Assembly: GCF_001194135.2 (NCBI RefSeq)
Contig: NC_068982.1
Span: forward strand, 42,050,134 to 42,114,133
DNA from: Octopus bimaculoides
Lineage: Eukaryota
Direction: 5' to 3'
Length of the DNA: 64,000 bases
The notes below the pieces were generated by a model, which saw only the letters and a program-made list of their open reading frames with translations, did not search any database and had not been told where the DNA came from. The translations under genes were made by a program, and so were the position numbers. Shown piece after piece: positions 62,800 through 64,000 of the stretch. Position 1 is the stretch's first letter. Each line of letters starts with the position of its first letter.

Positions 62800-63180
62800 A
62801 CATACCTTTATTCAACCACTATGTCTTATTTTGTTCCACTACGTTTTTCCCATCTTTAAAGGCAGTTTCAGGATCTGATTTTCCAAGAACTTAGCATCTT
62901 TCTGGGTCATGAACTGGTCTTAGTTATTTTTACAGTCTTCCACAGAATTGAAGTTCATCCCATTAAGAGGAATTTGTAGGGAACAAAATAAGTGGTAATC
63001 TGAGGGTGCAAGGTCAGGTGAATATGGTGGGAATGGTACGAGATCCCAGCCAAGCTGTACCAATTTCTGCCTTGTCTGCAAAGTAACATGAGGCCTAACA
63101 CTGCCCTGAAAAAGATGACACCCTTCTGATTGGCTAATTCTAGTTGTTTTCCATCAATTGTCTTCATTAATTGGGAACAA
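62800..63180 (-). mobile_element. Mariner transposase 3' fragment (OTC intron 6)
   Basis: ELANQKGVIF..RPHVTLQTRQKLVQLGWDLVPFPPYSPDLAPSDYHLFCSLQ. Confidence 0.9.
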
Positions 63181-63266
63181 TAATTGTTTGAATTCAGTGT
63201 CTGATTTTACCTTTCCGGAAATAAAGGAGGATCAAATGACAAGAATGTCTCTCATTTTCCTCTATA

Positions 63267-63675
63267 CTCTTTTACTCTTTTAATTTTTTACTCTTTTATT
63301 TGTTTCAGTCATTTGACTGCGGCCATGCTGGAGCACTGCTTTTAGTCGAGCAAATCGACCCCAAGACTTATTCTTTGTAAGCCTAGTACTTATTTTATCG
63401 GTCTCTTTTGCCGAACTGCTAAGTTATGGGGACGTAAACACATCCCCATCGGTTGTCAAGCGATGTTGGGGGGGACAAACACAGACACACACACACACAC
63501 ACACACATGCACGACGGGCTTCTTTCAGTTTCCGTCTACCAAATCCACTCACAAGGCTTTGGCTGGCCTGAGGCTATAGTAGAAGACACTTGCCCAAGGT
63601 GCAACGCAGTGGGACTGAACCCGGAACCATGTGGTTGGTAAGCAAGCTACTTACCACACAGCCACTCCTGCGCCT
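63267..63675 (-). mobile_element. SINE family A, full length (OTC intron 6)
   Basis: Reverse complement of the young consensus with partial CpG loss. Confidence 0.92.
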
Positions 63676-63884
63676 ATGTATCTTCGCTTTTAATGTAAAA
63701 GCAGTAAAAATAAGCTATCCACACAGTATTCATATAGAAAGACATGCTGAAATGTCACTTTTCAGGAGATAAGTATTAGTTATATGCTTCTGTCACATGA
63801 GAAACGAAATCATGTGTTTAAATGCCACCAATTGAAATACAGTGTATAAACTTTTGCTCCAAACCAATACTTATGAAATGTATA

Positions 63885-64000
63885 ATATCAAACTAATTTT
63901 TGATATCAAACTAATTTTTGATATCAAACTAATTTTTGATATCAAACTAATTTTTGATATGAAACTAATTTTTGATATGAAACTAATTTTTGATATGAAA
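63885..64000. repeat. 18-bp minisatellite running off the window
   Basis: ATATCAAACTAATTTTTG x4, then ATATGAAACTAATTTTTG x2 and a partial copy. Confidence 0.95.

Noticed and set aside
1-64000. Most ORF-track entries (poly-HT, CV, YI, LS, poly-T/L/Y/F, and ORFs containing X runs)
   Set aside because: They are translations of di-, tri- and tetranucleotide microsatellites or run through N-gaps, with no domain-like sequence.
60890-64000. OTC exon 7 (expected GYEP-like, ~54 nt)
   Set aside because: No matching frame with splice sites was found; it presumably lies beyond the window.

Overview
Eukaryotic (metazoan) draft-genome window. It is AT-rich, full of microsatellites and broken by about 16 N-gaps (roughly 7.8 kb). 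The repeat families look like those of an octopod cephalopod (inference from repeat character, not proven). One real protein-coding gene is present: the first six coding exons of mitochondrial ornithine carbamoyltransferase (OTC, + strand, 45430-60889, 214 codons; the remainder lies beyond the window). The other ~45 kb is intergenic and made of decayed transposons and satellites: pogo/Tigger, mariner/Tc1, hAT-like, RTE and CR1-group LINEs, a Penelope-like GIY-YIG element and several tRNA-headed SINE families. Nearly all ORF-track entries are microsatellite or gap artefacts. Most notable observations: (1) palindromic elements whose arms carry outward-facing type I hammerhead-ribozyme-like folds followed by AATAAA or a U-rich tail, alongside a Penelope remnant with its own hammerhead-like motif; (2) a GGATC-ended, 8-bp-TSD DNA transposon family with nested hairpins and an inverted TTAGGG telomeric core, one copy just upstream of OTC; (3) a head-to-head mariner made of two 5' halves; (4) CpG decay of repeat copies restricted to the OTC gene body. 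No CRISPR array, rRNA or true tRNA gene was found. Boundaries of degraded repeats are approximate.
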